A stretch of DNA of 64,000 bases from Candidatus Acidiferrum sp. (GCA_035272765.1 DATEQG010000028.1:14068-78067); one strand, 5' to 3'; shown: positions 31,182-41,193, counted from the first letter of the stretch. Notes: generated from the letters alone by a model not told the origin. Numbers and translations: made by a program.

Positions 31182-31271
31182 TGGCGGAGGAGGAGGGATT
31201 CGAACCCCCGAGACCCTTTCAGGCCTAACGGTTTTCAAGACCGCCGGTTTCAACCGCTCACCCACTCCTCC
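31182..31271 (-). tRNA. tRNA-Ser (anticodon UGA)
   Basis: GGAGGAGTGGGTGAGCGGTTGAAACCGGCGGTCTTGAAAACCG...GGTTCGAATCCCTCCTCCTCCGCCA; long variable arm, encoded CCA. Confidence 0.96.
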
Positions 31272-31501
31272 ATCTCTAATTGTACCCGGCAATTCGGTTT
31301 GGCGGGACTTTCTCGTCTCGTTGACAATCCTCCGAAGCTCGTTTCCGCGATGTTGCGACGCTAAAATCAATTCGCTTCATTCGGAGACCTCTCGTTCGTA
31401 CAAGGCGCACACGGAGGGGCAAAGGTGGAATACTGTCGCGTGACCCACCAATTTTTGAACTGCGCTTTAGTGTTCGTTCAGACTACGAAACCATCGTTTC
31501 A

Positions 31502-34489
31502 TCAAAATGTTCCGTGGTGCCTGCGATGGTGGATAACGGACACGAATGTCCCGGTGTCATAGGTTGCGGAACTCCACGGCACGCTCAAAACAAAATCGGC
31601 GAAGTCGCCGCAACCGGCAAAGCTGACCGTGAACGCTGCGCTGGCAGCGCCTCCAACGGCGAGGTCGCCAAGCAGGATTGGATAGCCGCTCGGCGGCATT
31701 ATTACCGGACTGCAGCGCTCACCGGCAAACTGCCGCAGAGTAAATCCGTTGATCAGTGTTGCGTAAGCTATGCCTACGTCCCCATTCGTTGCGGTCACTG
31801 TGAGAACGCGCGTATCGTGTCGCTCGCCCTTGTCATCGGAATCGGAAACGGAAAACGATAGCCCGTATCCCGGTAACTGCGTTGGATCGACAATCCCCCA
31901 ATAAGCGGGCTTGGCTTGTAGCTCCGTATCGAAGGGCAGCGGCGCATCCAGCCGGTCGATCGGGAAACTATCGAGCCAGGTGTCGTCGTCCGCAAAGCCC
32001 CAGAATGTGACGGCGCTTATCTTGCCCCGCAACCGCCGCAGTGCGTCAAAGTACTGTTTGTAAAGCCAGCCCTGCTCCGCAATCAGCGATGGCGGCACGG
32101 TTGGCGCGTAGTTCGATGTGTTGTCGCCCGCGTTGTAAACGCTGACGTCCATTTCGGTAACTTGCTGATCGAGGTCCCGGAAATTCTCGTGAATCGTGTC
32201 GACCGCGTGAACCACTGCGTCTGCGGACGGATAGTTGATGTCGTTATGCATCTCGTGTCCGAGACCATCCAATGGAATGCCACGCTCGCGAAGATCGCGA
32301 ATCACGCGAACAAGGCACGCCAGCCGGTCTGGATCGGTCGTGCTGTAGTCGTTGATGAACAGCTCCGTCCCCGCAGGCGCGTACTGTCTGGCCGCCTGCA
32401 GCGCCACATCGATGTACCCTTTCCCAAGCACTTGGTAGAACGGCCCGTGGTAGAGACAATCGGGTTGTGTGGGATCGATCGGCTCGTTCACCACATCCCA
32501 GGCATACACCGCTGTGCCGAAGTGCTGCACCTCGCTTTGTATATGCTCCTGGATGTTCGCGGTCACCGTAGCCTGATTGGCGGCGGAATTCGTGCCGTCT
32601 CCCGTGGCGTACGCCGGAGTCTGTTCGCCGGTGGACCACACCAGGTTGTGCCCTCGTATGTGCATCTCGTTGCACACTGCCATCCCCACTTCGCTGTCGG
32701 CGTTTTCGTAGGTGTATGTGCCCAGGGTCGCTTCCACCGAACTCCACTTCATGTCGTTTCCTGAAGTGATGCTGTCGAAGTGCTTCGTCAAGAGCTGGTT
32801 GTGCGGTCCCGACAGATCCGTCAAATCCACCTCTGCGCCCACCCGGAAGAAGGGAGCGAGGGTCTGGAAGATCGAAGGGATGTTGGTTTGAATGGTCGGC
32901 GGCGGAACGTACGTAAGCTGGAAGTCGTCCACATAGAACGACACCAGATCGTTGCCGGACGCTGGAACGGTCTGCAAATAGAGATACGCAGCCCCCGGAT
33001 CGTAGTTATTGGCCATGTTGTATCGCATCACGCTGATCTGGTGCCAGTTCCCGTCCGCGGGAATGGTCACGCCAGGGTAAGCCGTCATGCTCGGATAGCT
33101 GGGATTGCCATCGAGCGTAGTCTGCAGGCTCATGTTGAGGATGTGATTGGAGCCGTCGGTCGGCAGCAACATCACCCACACGCTGGCGTTGTACACCGAG
33201 CCGACGTACATCTTGTCGCTAACATTGATTTGTGGCCCGTCGTAATTCGCGACTCGCCCGGTCACCAGCAGGCTGTGTGTACCGCTGTGCGCCTCCGCCG
33301 TCGTATTGGTCAGCGTGGAACTACCAGTGCGAGAACTCCACCCGTCCAAACCGCCATCCTCGAAGGTCGTGGTAATCCCGCTATTGTCCTGCTGGCTAGG
33401 GCTTGGCGGTGCCGGCGAGAGCTGGCCGATGGTGACATCATCAATGTAGAAAGAATCCGTGGCGCTGCTGGACTGTATATACAAAACCAGACTTGACGGC
33501 GGGCCAGGCAAATTGCTGAAGCTGAGCGTGCCCTGGACCTTTGTCCACGCCGTGCTAGAGAGTGCGCCCGACGTCGCTAGATTATTGTACGAACCCGATG
33601 TGTTCGCGCAATTCGTCGTCTTAGTAGAAAGCGTCGCCGTTGGATTACTGCTGTCCGACGCTGCCAGCAAAACGTACGCCGTAATCTGATATGTCGCGCC
33701 CGCTACCACGTTGTTCACGCTAAGCAGGTTCAGGCTCGGCCCCATGTAGCCCGCTGTGCGGTTCGTAACTAGAAGGCTGCGCGCATCGCCATTTGGATCG
33801 ACGATTGACGGAACGCTGTTCGCAAGCGATGCAGAACCAAACGGCGTCCAGCCATCCAAGCCGCCATCCGCGAAAGTGTACGTGGCTATCGGCGTTCCGC
33901 CTGGCGGTGGTGCCGTCTCCGTGATCACCACCTCGTCCAAGTAGAACGATTGCGCCGTGGTCGCTCCCACAAGTTGCGCGTAAAGCACCAGTCCCGTTTC
34001 CGTGGTGCTGACCGTGTAGCTCCCGCCAATTTGCGCCCATCCGGAAGCCGCTACCGGCACTTGGTAGTTTCCCACGGTGTCGTAGCACGTCCCGCCGGAG
34101 CAGCTCGGATCGGTCCGTTTTATCGTGAAGTTCGCGTTCGTTGCCGTCTCGCCGCTGGTGAGCATCACGTATCCCGTGATCGTGTACGTCGCTCCCGCTT
34201 GCAGCACACCATTCAGTGAAATCGACGGCCCACCAGCGCCGCTCGAGTTCGTCGTAGTCAGCAAACTGTATGATCCGGAATACGCCGCGGCGGTTGTCGC
34301 CACTGGAGTGCTAGCGCCATTGAATGATGTCCAGCTATCCGCCGTTCCGTCTTCAAAGCTGTACGTCACAACCGTTTGCGCGCCCGCGCTTCTGGCCCAC
34401 AGCAGCGCGAAAACAGCAATCAGAAAACCGATGCGAGCGATTCGATTTGCGAATGCTACTGGCGACACATCCCGAAAAGTCCGGCGCAT
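31502..34489 (-). CDS. Secreted GH10 endo-1,4-beta-xylanase with three CBM4/9/22-like modules
   Basis: Signal peptide; three repeats beginning FEDG/FADG...FYxDD; GNDMKW, HIRGHNLVW, WDVVNE, VTEMDV catalytic motifs. Confidence 0.92.
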   Translation of the reverse strand: MRRTFRDVSPVAFANRIARIGFLIAVFALLWARSAGAQTVVTYSFEDGTADSWTSFNGASTPVATTAAAYSGSYSLLTTTNSSGAGGPSISLNGVLQAGATYTITGYVMLTSGETATNANFTIKRTDPSCSGGTCYDTVGNYQVPVAASGWAQIGGSYTVSTTETGLVLYAQLVGATTAQSFYLDEVVITETAPPPGGTPIATYTFADGGLDGWTPFGSASLANSVPSIVDPNGDARSLLVTNRTAGYMGPSLNLLSVNNVVAGATYQITAYVLLAASDSSNPTATLSTKTTNCANTSGSYNNLATSGALSSTAWTKVQGTLSFSNLPGPPSSLVLYIQSSSATDSFYIDDVTIGQLSPAPPSPSQQDNSGITTTFEDGGLDGWSSRTGSSTLTNTTAEAHSGTHSLLVTGRVANYDGPQINVSDKMYVGSVYNASVWVMLLPTDGSNHILNMSLQTTLDGNPSYPSMTAYPGVTIPADGNWHQISVMRYNMANNYDPGAAYLYLQTVPASGNDLVSFYVDDFQLTYVPPPTIQTNIPSIFQTLAPFFRVGAEVDLTDLSGPHNQLLTKHFDSITSGNDMKWSSVEATLGTYTYENADSEVGMAVCNEMHIRGHNLVWSTGEQTPAYATGDGTNSAANQATVTANIQEHIQSEVQHFGTAVYAWDVVNEPIDPTQPDCLYHGPFYQVLGKGYIDVALQAARQYAPAGTELFINDYSTTDPDRLACLVRVIRDLRERGIPLDGLGHEMHNDINYPSADAVVHAVDTIHENFRDLDQQVTEMDVSVYNAGDNTSNYAPTVPPSLIAEQGWLYKQYFDALRRLRGKISAVTFWGFADDDTWLDSFPIDRLDAPLPFDTELQAKPAYWGIVDPTQLPGYGLSFSVSDSDDKGERHDTRVLTVTATNGDVGIAYATLINGFTLRQFAGERCSPVIMPPSGYPILLGDLAVGGAASAAFTVSFAGCGDFADFVLSVPWSSATYDTGTFVSVIHHRRHHGTF

Positions 34490-34561
34490 GGCGATTCTCC
34501 TTTAGGAACACGACAGCCCGAAACGCCTTATCGTGTACGTTAACGACAACTGAAAAGTTTA

Positions 34562-34642
34562 GTACATAGGCTATGTACGTCCGGGGAATCCACTCTAGGA
34601 AAGACAGCGCTAAACTACACCTATCGGATAGGTGTGTGTCAA
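34562..34642 (-). promoter_or_regulatory. Putative xylanase promoter with two perfect palindromes
   Basis: TTGACA (34642-34637), 19 nt, TAGTTT (34617-34612); ACACCTATC-G-GATAGGTGT (34617-34635) and GTACATAG-G-CTATGTAC (34562-34578). Confidence 0.6.
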
Positions 34643-34921
34643 GGTGCTTTATTTTGGGGAGCTGTGCCAGCCAGGACAGCTCATGTTTCTTGAAGGTCGA
34701 TTTTCTTAAAGGCGCCTTGCAACAAGTCGAAAGTCGCCCGACGAGAACAACCGATCTGGCAGGCCCACATTCACGAGTGCATCCCGAGCAAAGGGCAAGA
34801 GTTGGCGACTTGCACATGCTGATTCGGAATCGCCCCTGTTTTGCTAAGGAGATGGTGGAAATCCAAGTTACGCTTCCACAGGCTTGCCATTTGCCCACCT
34901 AAAGTCGAAGACGGAGAGGAA

Positions 34922-35653
34922 ATGCGAAAATGTGCAGTTCTTGTGGCAGGACTATCCCTGTTCAGCGCTGGTTGTCACTTCAAGACCAAGGATTTACTGA
35001 ATGCTTTCGATGCAAGAAAGGCCGCAGCGATAACCGTGACGGTGGCTCCCGTCGGTGCCAGCCTGCCTATACACGGCACGCAACAGTTCACCACAATCGT
35101 GACAGGCACCTCTAACACTCAAGTCACCTGGAGTCTCGGGGGCACTCCCTGCGCAGGTGGACAGGATTGCGGTTCGATCAGCGCGAATGGTTTCTACATC
35201 GCTCCAGGAGGCATATCCAACCCCAATCCAATTACCGTCACAGCTTCCGCGGAGGCCGATGCGCTTGCTCAAGGCGTAGCGCAAGTGACGATCTACCCTG
35301 CGGTCGAGGCGCAGGAAATCTTGAGGGGCAGCTACAGTTTTCTGGTGACCGGCGCTGACTCCGAGGGCAAGTTGTCAGTCGCGGGTAAGTTTATAGCCGA
35401 TGAGGCTGGGCAATTGCATAGCGGGGAGATGAGTCTCTGCCGAGGTCAGGCTTCCTGCGTGGAGTCGGCGTTCGAAGGCACGTACACCTCGAGCGCCAAA
35501 AACCAGGGAACCTTTTGGGCGGACGCACTGTCCGAAGCGGAATTCCACTTTGCTCTCACCGAAAGTGGGGTGGTGAAGCTCCAACTGGACGACGCGAAGG
35601 GATTGCACGCCGCCGGGATCCTGGAAGCCGCCAAGGACACCGTTAACGAATGA
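34922..35653 (+). CDS. Lipoprotein with Ig-like (Big_2-like) domain
   Basis: GGAGAGG RBS; MRKCAVLVAGLSLFSAGC lipobox; TQQFTTIVTGTSNTQVTWS...GSISANGFYIAP. Confidence 0.8.
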   Translation: MRKCAVLVAGLSLFSAGCHFKTKDLLNAFDARKAAAITVTVAPVGASLPIHGTQQFTTIVTGTSNTQVTWSLGGTPCAGGQDCGSISANGFYIAPGGISNPNPITVTASAEADALAQGVAQVTIYPAVEAQEILRGSYSFLVTGADSEGKLSVAGKFIADEAGQLHSGEMSLCRGQASCVESAFEGTYTSSAKNQGTFWADALSEAEFHFALTESGVVKLQLDDAKGLHAAGILEAAKDTVNE

Positions 35654-35816
35654 GCCTCAATTTCCAAGGGCTAAAGCGGCGCCAACGCTAGCCATGGCCA
35701 GCCTGTTTCTAGTTTGCTCTGTGGGCTAACACCCAATTTGTAACTCTCCTACTTTTAAAATATTTTTTCTTCATAACGAATCGCAATAATTTGCAACGAC
35801 CCCTTTCCGAATGGCA

Positions 35817-35845
35817 TTGACATGCCCCCAGCCGCACCGTAGCAT
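35817..35845 (+). promoter_or_regulatory. Sigma70 promoter of the SPFH-polyamine operon
   Basis: TTGACA, 17 nt, TAGCAT; AT-rich upstream tract; GGAGG RBS before 35902. Confidence 0.7.
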
Positions 35846-35901
35846 CGCTTTTATCTGATGGCTGAGCGTTCATCCAGCCGCCTTGGCAGCGGAGGTCCTT
35901 C

Positions 35902-36906
35902 ATGAGTCTTCGCGATTTTATTTCCAAACAGTGGATTGATGTCATCGATTGGACGGAGCCGGAAGACGGCATTCTTGCCTACCGCTATCCGATGCAAGAT
36001 CGCGAAATCCAGAATGGCGGCAAGCTCACTGTGCGGGATTCGCAGCTGGCCGTGTTTGTGAACGAAGGCAAAGTGGCGGACGCATTTGGGCCGGGACTCT
36101 ACACGCTCAATACCAATACGCTGCCGATCCTTACCTACCTCAAAAACTGGGACAAAAAGTTTCAGTCTCCCTTCAAGTCCGATGTCTATTTTTTCTCGTC
36201 GCGCATCCAGACAGACCAGCACTGGGGCACGCCAAATCCCGTCACCATCCGCGACAAAGAGTTCGGCGCGATTCGCTTGCGCGGTTTCGGAATTTATTCC
36301 TACCACATCACCGATGCAAAATCGTTCTACTCGAAAATCAGTGGAACGCGCGACATTTATCACGTCGCCGATCTCGAAGGCCAGTTGCGCAACACCATCG
36401 TCGCCAAAATGACGGATGCTTTTGCCGGTAGCCAGGTGCCGTTTCTCGATATGGCTGCGAACCAGGGCGCGCTCGCAGAAAAAATCAACGAACAGCTCAA
36501 GCCTGCGTTCACGGACTACGGCCTGTCGCTCGATACTTTCGTCGTCGAGAATCTCTCGCTCCCAGACGAGCTGCAGAAAGTGCTCGACCAGCGCATCAGC
36601 ATGAACGTGCTCGGAGACATGGGCAAATTCACGCAGTATCAAGTGGCGCAAGCGATTCCGATTGCCGCCGGGAATGAAGGTGGCGGAGCGGTTGGCGTAG
36701 GCGCTGGGCTTGGAGCGGGCGTCGCGATGGGCCAGGCGATGATGGACGCCGTGAAACAATCCACCGCAGGCACTCCTGGCGGTGGAGGCGCGGCTCCGGC
36801 GGCTGCAGGCGCAGCCTCTGCAACCACGAAATTCTGCAGCGAGTGCGGCAAGCCCATCCCGCGCGCCAGCAAATTCTGTCCGGAATGTGGGAAGCCTCAG
36901 GCCTAG
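35902..36906 (+). CDS. SPFH/band-7 domain protein with C-terminal double zinc ribbon (YdjI-like)
   Basis: LTVRDSQLAVFVNEG, FGPGLYTLNT, SPFKSDVYF, WGTPNP; CSECG...CPECG. Confidence 0.88.
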   Translation: MSLRDFISKQWIDVIDWTEPEDGILAYRYPMQDREIQNGGKLTVRDSQLAVFVNEGKVADAFGPGLYTLNTNTLPILTYLKNWDKKFQSPFKSDVYFFSSRIQTDQHWGTPNPVTIRDKEFGAIRLRGFGIYSYHITDAKSFYSKISGTRDIYHVADLEGQLRNTIVAKMTDAFAGSQVPFLDMAANQGALAEKINEQLKPAFTDYGLSLDTFVVENLSLPDELQKVLDQRISMNVLGDMGKFTQYQVAQAIPIAAGNEGGGAVGVGAGLGAGVAMGQAMMDAVKQSTAGTPGGGGAAPAAAGAASATTKFCSECGKPIPRASKFCPECGKPQA

Positions 36907-36919
36907 TGGTGAAGCGAGC

Positions 36920-37291
36920 ATGAGCGGCATCGAATGGGTCGTCGAGGCCTTCGGTTGCTCATCGGATTCGTTGCGCGATCTTCGCGCCGTCGAAACGCTA
37001 TTTCACGGCATGATTCGCGGTATGAAGCTGCGTCCCGTCGGCGAAACGCAGTGGCATCAGTTTCCCGGTACCGGTGGCATCACTGGTCTTTGCCTGCTCG
37101 CCGAATCGCACATCGCCTGCCACACGTTTCCCGAGCACAATTCGCTTTGCCTGAATCTCTTTTGCTGCGTTCCGCGCACTGAATGGAATTTTGAAGCGGC
37201 GCTCCAGCAGCTTTTCCATGCAAGGACCGTCTCCGTGAGGCGTCTTGCGCGTCCGTACGAGGCGGCGCGCCACCAGGCGGCCAGCGATTAG
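36920..37291 (+). CDS. speD: Pyruvoyl S-adenosylmethionine decarboxylase-family proenzyme
   Basis: HQFPGTGGITGLCLLAESHIACHTFPE with the ES self-cleavage site; LNLFCC. Confidence 0.85.
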   Translation: MSGIEWVVEAFGCSSDSLRDLRAVETLFHGMIRGMKLRPVGETQWHQFPGTGGITGLCLLAESHIACHTFPEHNSLCLNLFCCVPRTEWNFEAALQQLFHARTVSVRRLARPYEAARHQAASD

Positions 37292-37336
37292 AGTTTAGCG
37301 TGAGGACTTTTTCGTGCAACAGGTGAACAGCGGCCG

Positions 37337-37969
37337 ATGACTCAGCCCGTCTCGAACTGCCCCAATTGCGGTGCGAAGATTGTCTTCCAATGGTCCAGCA
37401 GTGTTCAAACGGTTTGCCAATATTGCAAAAGCATTCTTGTACGCACCGATGTCGATCTCAAGAAAGTCGGCCAGGTTGCCGATCTTCCCCCGGACAGCTC
37501 GCCAATTCAACTCAACACGGAAGGCATCTATCGCAATAAAGCATTCGTCGTCGGTGGCCGCATTCTCTACGAGTACGACCAGGGCGGCTGGAACGAATGG
37601 CACATCACAATGAACGACGGCACGAGCGCCTGGCTCTCCGACGCGCAAAATGAGTTCGCTGTATCCTTCGCCAGCAACGCGGCCGGTTTGCCCGCGTCTG
37701 GGCAGGTAAAAGTCGGCCAGCAATACAACTGGAACAATCAGAGCTACACCGTGAGCGTGATTACTCCGGCGCACTACCGCGGAGTCGAAGGCGAGCTGCC
37801 TTTCCAATACTGGGACAAAACAGACGTCACCTTTGCCGACCTACGCAGCCAATCCGGAAAATTCGCCACGCTCGATTACAGCGATGAACATCCTGCTCTC
37901 TATCTCGGCGAATTCGTCGAGTTCGACGATCTCAAACTCAAAAATCTCCGCAGTTTTGAGGGCTGGTGA
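37337..37969 (+). CDS. Zn-ribbon + DUF4178-like protein
   Basis: CPNCG...CQYC; GGWNEW, AWLSDA, EGELPF. Confidence 0.8.
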   Translation: MTQPVSNCPNCGAKIVFQWSSSVQTVCQYCKSILVRTDVDLKKVGQVADLPPDSSPIQLNTEGIYRNKAFVVGGRILYEYDQGGWNEWHITMNDGTSAWLSDAQNEFAVSFASNAAGLPASGQVKVGQQYNWNNQSYTVSVITPAHYRGVEGELPFQYWDKTDVTFADLRSQSGKFATLDYSDEHPALYLGEFVEFDDLKLKNLRSFEGW

Positions 37970-39291
37970 TGAGCGCAGGCACTCCGCCACTCTCGACTCT
38001 GCCCAAACCTCAAGCGAAAGCCTTGAACTGTCCGCAATGCGGCGCGGCCATTACGCTTCGCGCACTGGGACACGCCGAAACCGTGGTCTGTGAAAGCTGC
38101 CACTCCATTCTCGACGCCAAAGATCCGAATCTTCGGATCCTGCAAACATTTCAAGCAATCATCGGAGAGGTTCCACCGCTCATTCCCCTCGGCACGCGCG
38201 GCAAACTTCGCGGCACTGATTACGAAGTCATCGGCTTCCAGCGGCGCGGCATCAAGGTTGAGGGCATCAGCTATTACTGGCACGAATATGTCCTCTTCAA
38301 CCCGTACAAAGCCATTCGCTATCTCACGGAATACAATGGCCACTGGAACGACATCAGCGTTTGCAAGGAACTTCCTATCGTTCAGTTTGCCACCGCCAAC
38401 TACCTCGGCGAGGTCTACAAGCACTTTCAGTCCTCCGACGCCACCACGAACTACGTCCTCGGCGAATTTCCCTGGCAGGTGCGCGTCGGCGAGCATGCGG
38501 CGGTAACCGAGTACGTCAAACCGCCCCGCGTACTGTCGGCGGAAAAGACGGCGAACGAAGTCACATGGTCTCTCGGCGAATACATCTACGGTGCAGACAT
38601 TTGGAAGTCTTTCAATCTGCCCGGGAGTCCGCCCGAGGCGATCGGTGTTTACGAAAATCAGCCGTCGCCGGTCAGCGAAAACGTCAAAGGCATTTGGGGC
38701 GCCTTTCTCGCGTTCGCCATTTTTCTGCTCGTGCTGATGGCTGGATTCGACCTCGCCTCGAGCAAAGGCACGGCATTCGAATCCACTTACACACTAAACT
38801 ACGGTGAGCCGAAGGGCGAAGCCTCCTTTGTTACCCAAACCTTCGATTTGGAAGGCCGCACCTCGAATGTCGAAGTCACAACCTCTGCGAATGTCTCGAA
38901 CTCCTGGATCTATCTGAACTTCGCACTCATTAATCAAGACACCGGCCAGGCGTGGGATTTTGGCCGCGAAGTCAGTTATTACTACGGCTCGGACAGCGAC
39001 GGGTCCTGGTCCGAAGGCAGCACGAAAGATTCGGTCGTCATCCCCAGCGTTCCAGCTGGTCATTATTATTTGCGCATCGAGCCTGAAGTCGACGCCAAGC
39101 ACGCGCCCATCTCCTATTCGGTGGAAGTAAAGCGAAACGTCACTGTCCCAGGTTTTTTTGGCATCGCTTTTCTGGCTCTGCTGATCCCGGCCATCGCCAT
39201 TACCTGGCGCTCTATCAGTTTCGAGCGAGCGCGCTGGTCGGAGAGCGATCATCCGCCAGTTCAGATTCAGCTTGGGAATTCGGAGGAATGA
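37966..39291 (+). CDS. Zn-ribbon + DUF4178-like membrane protein with extracytoplasmic domain
   Basis: CPQCG...CESC; YWHEYVL, GEFPWQV; two TM helices flanking a beta domain. Confidence 0.8.
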   Translation: MMSAGTPPLSTLPKPQAKALNCPQCGAAITLRALGHAETVVCESCHSILDAKDPNLRILQTFQAIIGEVPPLIPLGTRGKLRGTDYEVIGFQRRGIKVEGISYYWHEYVLFNPYKAIRYLTEYNGHWNDISVCKELPIVQFATANYLGEVYKHFQSSDATTNYVLGEFPWQVRVGEHAAVTEYVKPPRVLSAEKTANEVTWSLGEYIYGADIWKSFNLPGSPPEAIGVYENQPSPVSENVKGIWGAFLAFAIFLLVLMAGFDLASSKGTAFESTYTLNYGEPKGEASFVTQTFDLEGRTSNVEVTTSANVSNSWIYLNFALINQDTGQAWDFGREVSYYYGSDSDGSWSEGSTKDSVVIPSVPAGHYYLRIEPEVDAKHAPISYSVEVKRNVTVPGFFGIAFLALLIPAIAITWRSISFERARWSESDHPPVQIQLGNSEE

Positions 39292-39294
39292 ACG

Positions 39295-39480
39295 ATGTTC
39301 AGAAAACTCTATCTCGCTTATGGATTTCTGGTACTCGGAGGCACAAGCTTCGCCCAATATCATGGCTGGAGCCTCGACAGGATCAACCAATTGAAAAATG
39401 TTCCCAAGTCCGTTCGTGATAATCCCGGCTCCTATCGTTCCGTTTACGGCTTCTATCACCATTACACCGGAGGCAAATAA
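39295..39480 (+). CDS. Small membrane/secreted peptide ending in GGK
   Basis: GGAGG RBS; hydrophobic N-terminus; VPKSVRDNPGSYRS...YTGGK; fills the gap between neighbours. Confidence 0.75.
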   Translation: MFRKLYLAYGFLVLGGTSFAQYHGWSLDRINQLKNVPKSVRDNPGSYRSVYGFYHHYTGGK

Positions 39481-39693
39481 ATGAACCTCGTTCCGCTCGC
39501 CAACATCGTTTCTGCACTCGTATTCGCCCTGATCGGCATGCTCATCTTCATCATCGCTTTTGTGGTGATGGACAAGCTCACGCCGTACCATCTCTGGAAG
39601 GAAATCGTTCAGGAACACAACATGGCGCTGGCCATTTTAGTCGGCGCAATGTCTCTCGGCATTTGCATCATCATTGCCGCGGCCATTCACTAG
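39481..39693 (+). CDS. DUF350-like two-TM protein
   Basis: DKLTPYHLWKEIVQEHNMALAILVGAMSLGICIIIAAAIH. Confidence 0.85.
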   Translation: MNLVPLANIVSALVFALIGMLIFIIAFVVMDKLTPYHLWKEIVQEHNMALAILVGAMSLGICIIIAAAIH

Positions 39694-39696
39694 CGT

Positions 39697-41193
39697 ATGG
39701 GCATACTGCTCTTCATCTCGGTGCTGCTGGTTGCGGCGTGCGGGCTCATTTACGAACTCGTCGCGGGCACGCTTGCGAGCTATCTCGTCGGCGACAGCGT
39801 ATTCCAGTTTTCCACCATCATTGGCACTTACCTGTTCGCCATGGGCATTGGCAGCGCTCTTTCCCGTTATCTGAATCGCGGCCTCGTTTACCGTTTTGTA
39901 TGGATCGAGCTTCTGCTCGGCGTGATCGGCGGTTTTTCTTCCGCGCTCTTGATGATGGCCTTCGCCTTCACGCAGGGATTCGAGTTAATTCTCTACGCGC
40001 TCGTCATTATTATGGGCGTTCTCGTCGGCTTGGAAATCCCGCTGCTCATGCGCATCGTCCGGGATCGCTATGAATTCCGCGACGTGATCGCGCACGTCCT
40101 CACTTTTGATTATCTCGGCGCGCTCGGCGCTTCCCTGCTCTTTCCCATTCTCCTCGTGCCGCGTCTCGGCCTCGTCCGCTCGGCCATGCTTTTTGGTCTC
40201 GTCAACGCCGGCGTCGCCCTCTGGACCACCTATTTGTTCTCCACCCAACTCTCCGGCACGCGCGTTCTGCGGATAGCCTGCGTTGTCGTCATTTGCGGCC
40301 TCGGAATCGGCATGGCGGATGCCCGCCGCATCACTGCCACCGCCGAGGACAACATCTACGCCGACGACATCATCTTCGCTCGCGACACGCGCTACCAGCA
40401 TCTGGTGCTCACTCGTTTCAAAGACGATCTGCGGCTCTTCCTAAACAGCCATCTCCAATTCAGCTCCCGCGATGAATACCGCTACCACGAAACTCTCATC
40501 CATCCCGGCCTCGCTGCGGTTCCCGTTCCGCATCGAGTTCTGGTTCTTGGCGGTGGCGATGGCCTCGCCGTCCGCGAAATACTCAAATATCCACAAATCG
40601 AAAGCATCACTCTCGTCGATCTCGACCCCGAGATGACCAAACTTTTCTCCACGCATCCCATGCTCACCAAGCTCAACGACAAATCCTTCCTTTCGCCGCG
40701 CGTTCATATCATCAACGCCGACGCATTTCCCTGGGTCGATTCGAATACCGACAATTTCGATTTCATCGTCATTGATTTTCCGGACCCCACGAATTATTCC
40801 CTCGGCAAGCTCTACACCACTGCTTTTTATCGCGCCGCCGCCCGCCATCTCAGCTTGCAAGGCTTGATGGTCGTGCAAAGCACTTCGCCCATGTTCGCCC
40901 GCGATTCTTTCTGGTGCATCGCACAAACGCTCAAGCAGGCCGGCTTGCAAACATATCCGTATCACGTCTATGTTCCGAGTTTCGGCGAGTGGGGATTCGT
41001 CCTCGCCGGTACGCACGAATACACTCCTCCCACTTCTCTACCCAGCGGTTTGCGTTTCATCAACGTCGAAGGTCTGCCCGCTCTCTTTCAATTTCCGCCG
41101 GACATGGCCCCACTTCCCATGCCTCCCAACCAGCTGAACAGCCAAGTCCTCGTTCGCACCTACGAAAACGACTGGAAGGACATCAGTCATTGA
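39697..41193 (+). CDS. speE: Polyamine aminopropyltransferase with N-terminal multi-TM domain
   Basis: ACGLIYEL, GLEIPL, DYLGAL; LQFSSRDEYRYHE, VLGGGDGLAVREILK, VDLDP, IDFPDP, PSFGEWGF. Confidence 0.9.
   Translation: MGILLFISVLLVAACGLIYELVAGTLASYLVGDSVFQFSTIIGTYLFAMGIGSALSRYLNRGLVYRFVWIELLLGVIGGFSSALLMMAFAFTQGFELILYALVIIMGVLVGLEIPLLMRIVRDRYEFRDVIAHVLTFDYLGALGASLLFPILLVPRLGLVRSAMLFGLVNAGVALWTTYLFSTQLSGTRVLRIACVVVICGLGIGMADARRITATAEDNIYADDIIFARDTRYQHLVLTRFKDDLRLFLNSHLQFSSRDEYRYHETLIHPGLAAVPVPHRVLVLGGGDGLAVREILKYPQIESITLVDLDPEMTKLFSTHPMLTKLNDKSFLSPRVHIINADAFPWVDSNTDNFDFIVIDFPDPTNYSLGKLYTTAFYRAAARHLSLQGLMVVQSTSPMFARDSFWCIAQTLKQAGLQTYPYHVYVPSFGEWGFVLAGTHEYTPPTSLPSGLRFINVEGLPALFQFPPDMAPLPMPPNQLNSQVLVRTYENDWKDISH

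Noticed and set aside
31182-31271. tRNA as tRNA-Sec (selC), given selB in the window
   Set aside because: Anticodon loop CTTGAAA gives UGA (Ser), not UCA, and the acceptor stem is the normal 7 bp
31054-31500. Integrative element at tRNA-Ser
   Set aside because: No integrase and no duplicated tRNA 3' end found in the window
31600-31630. FAGC in the xylanase tail as a third internal lipobox
   Set aside because: Not preceded by a basic loop and a long hydrophobic helix; no TM hairpin
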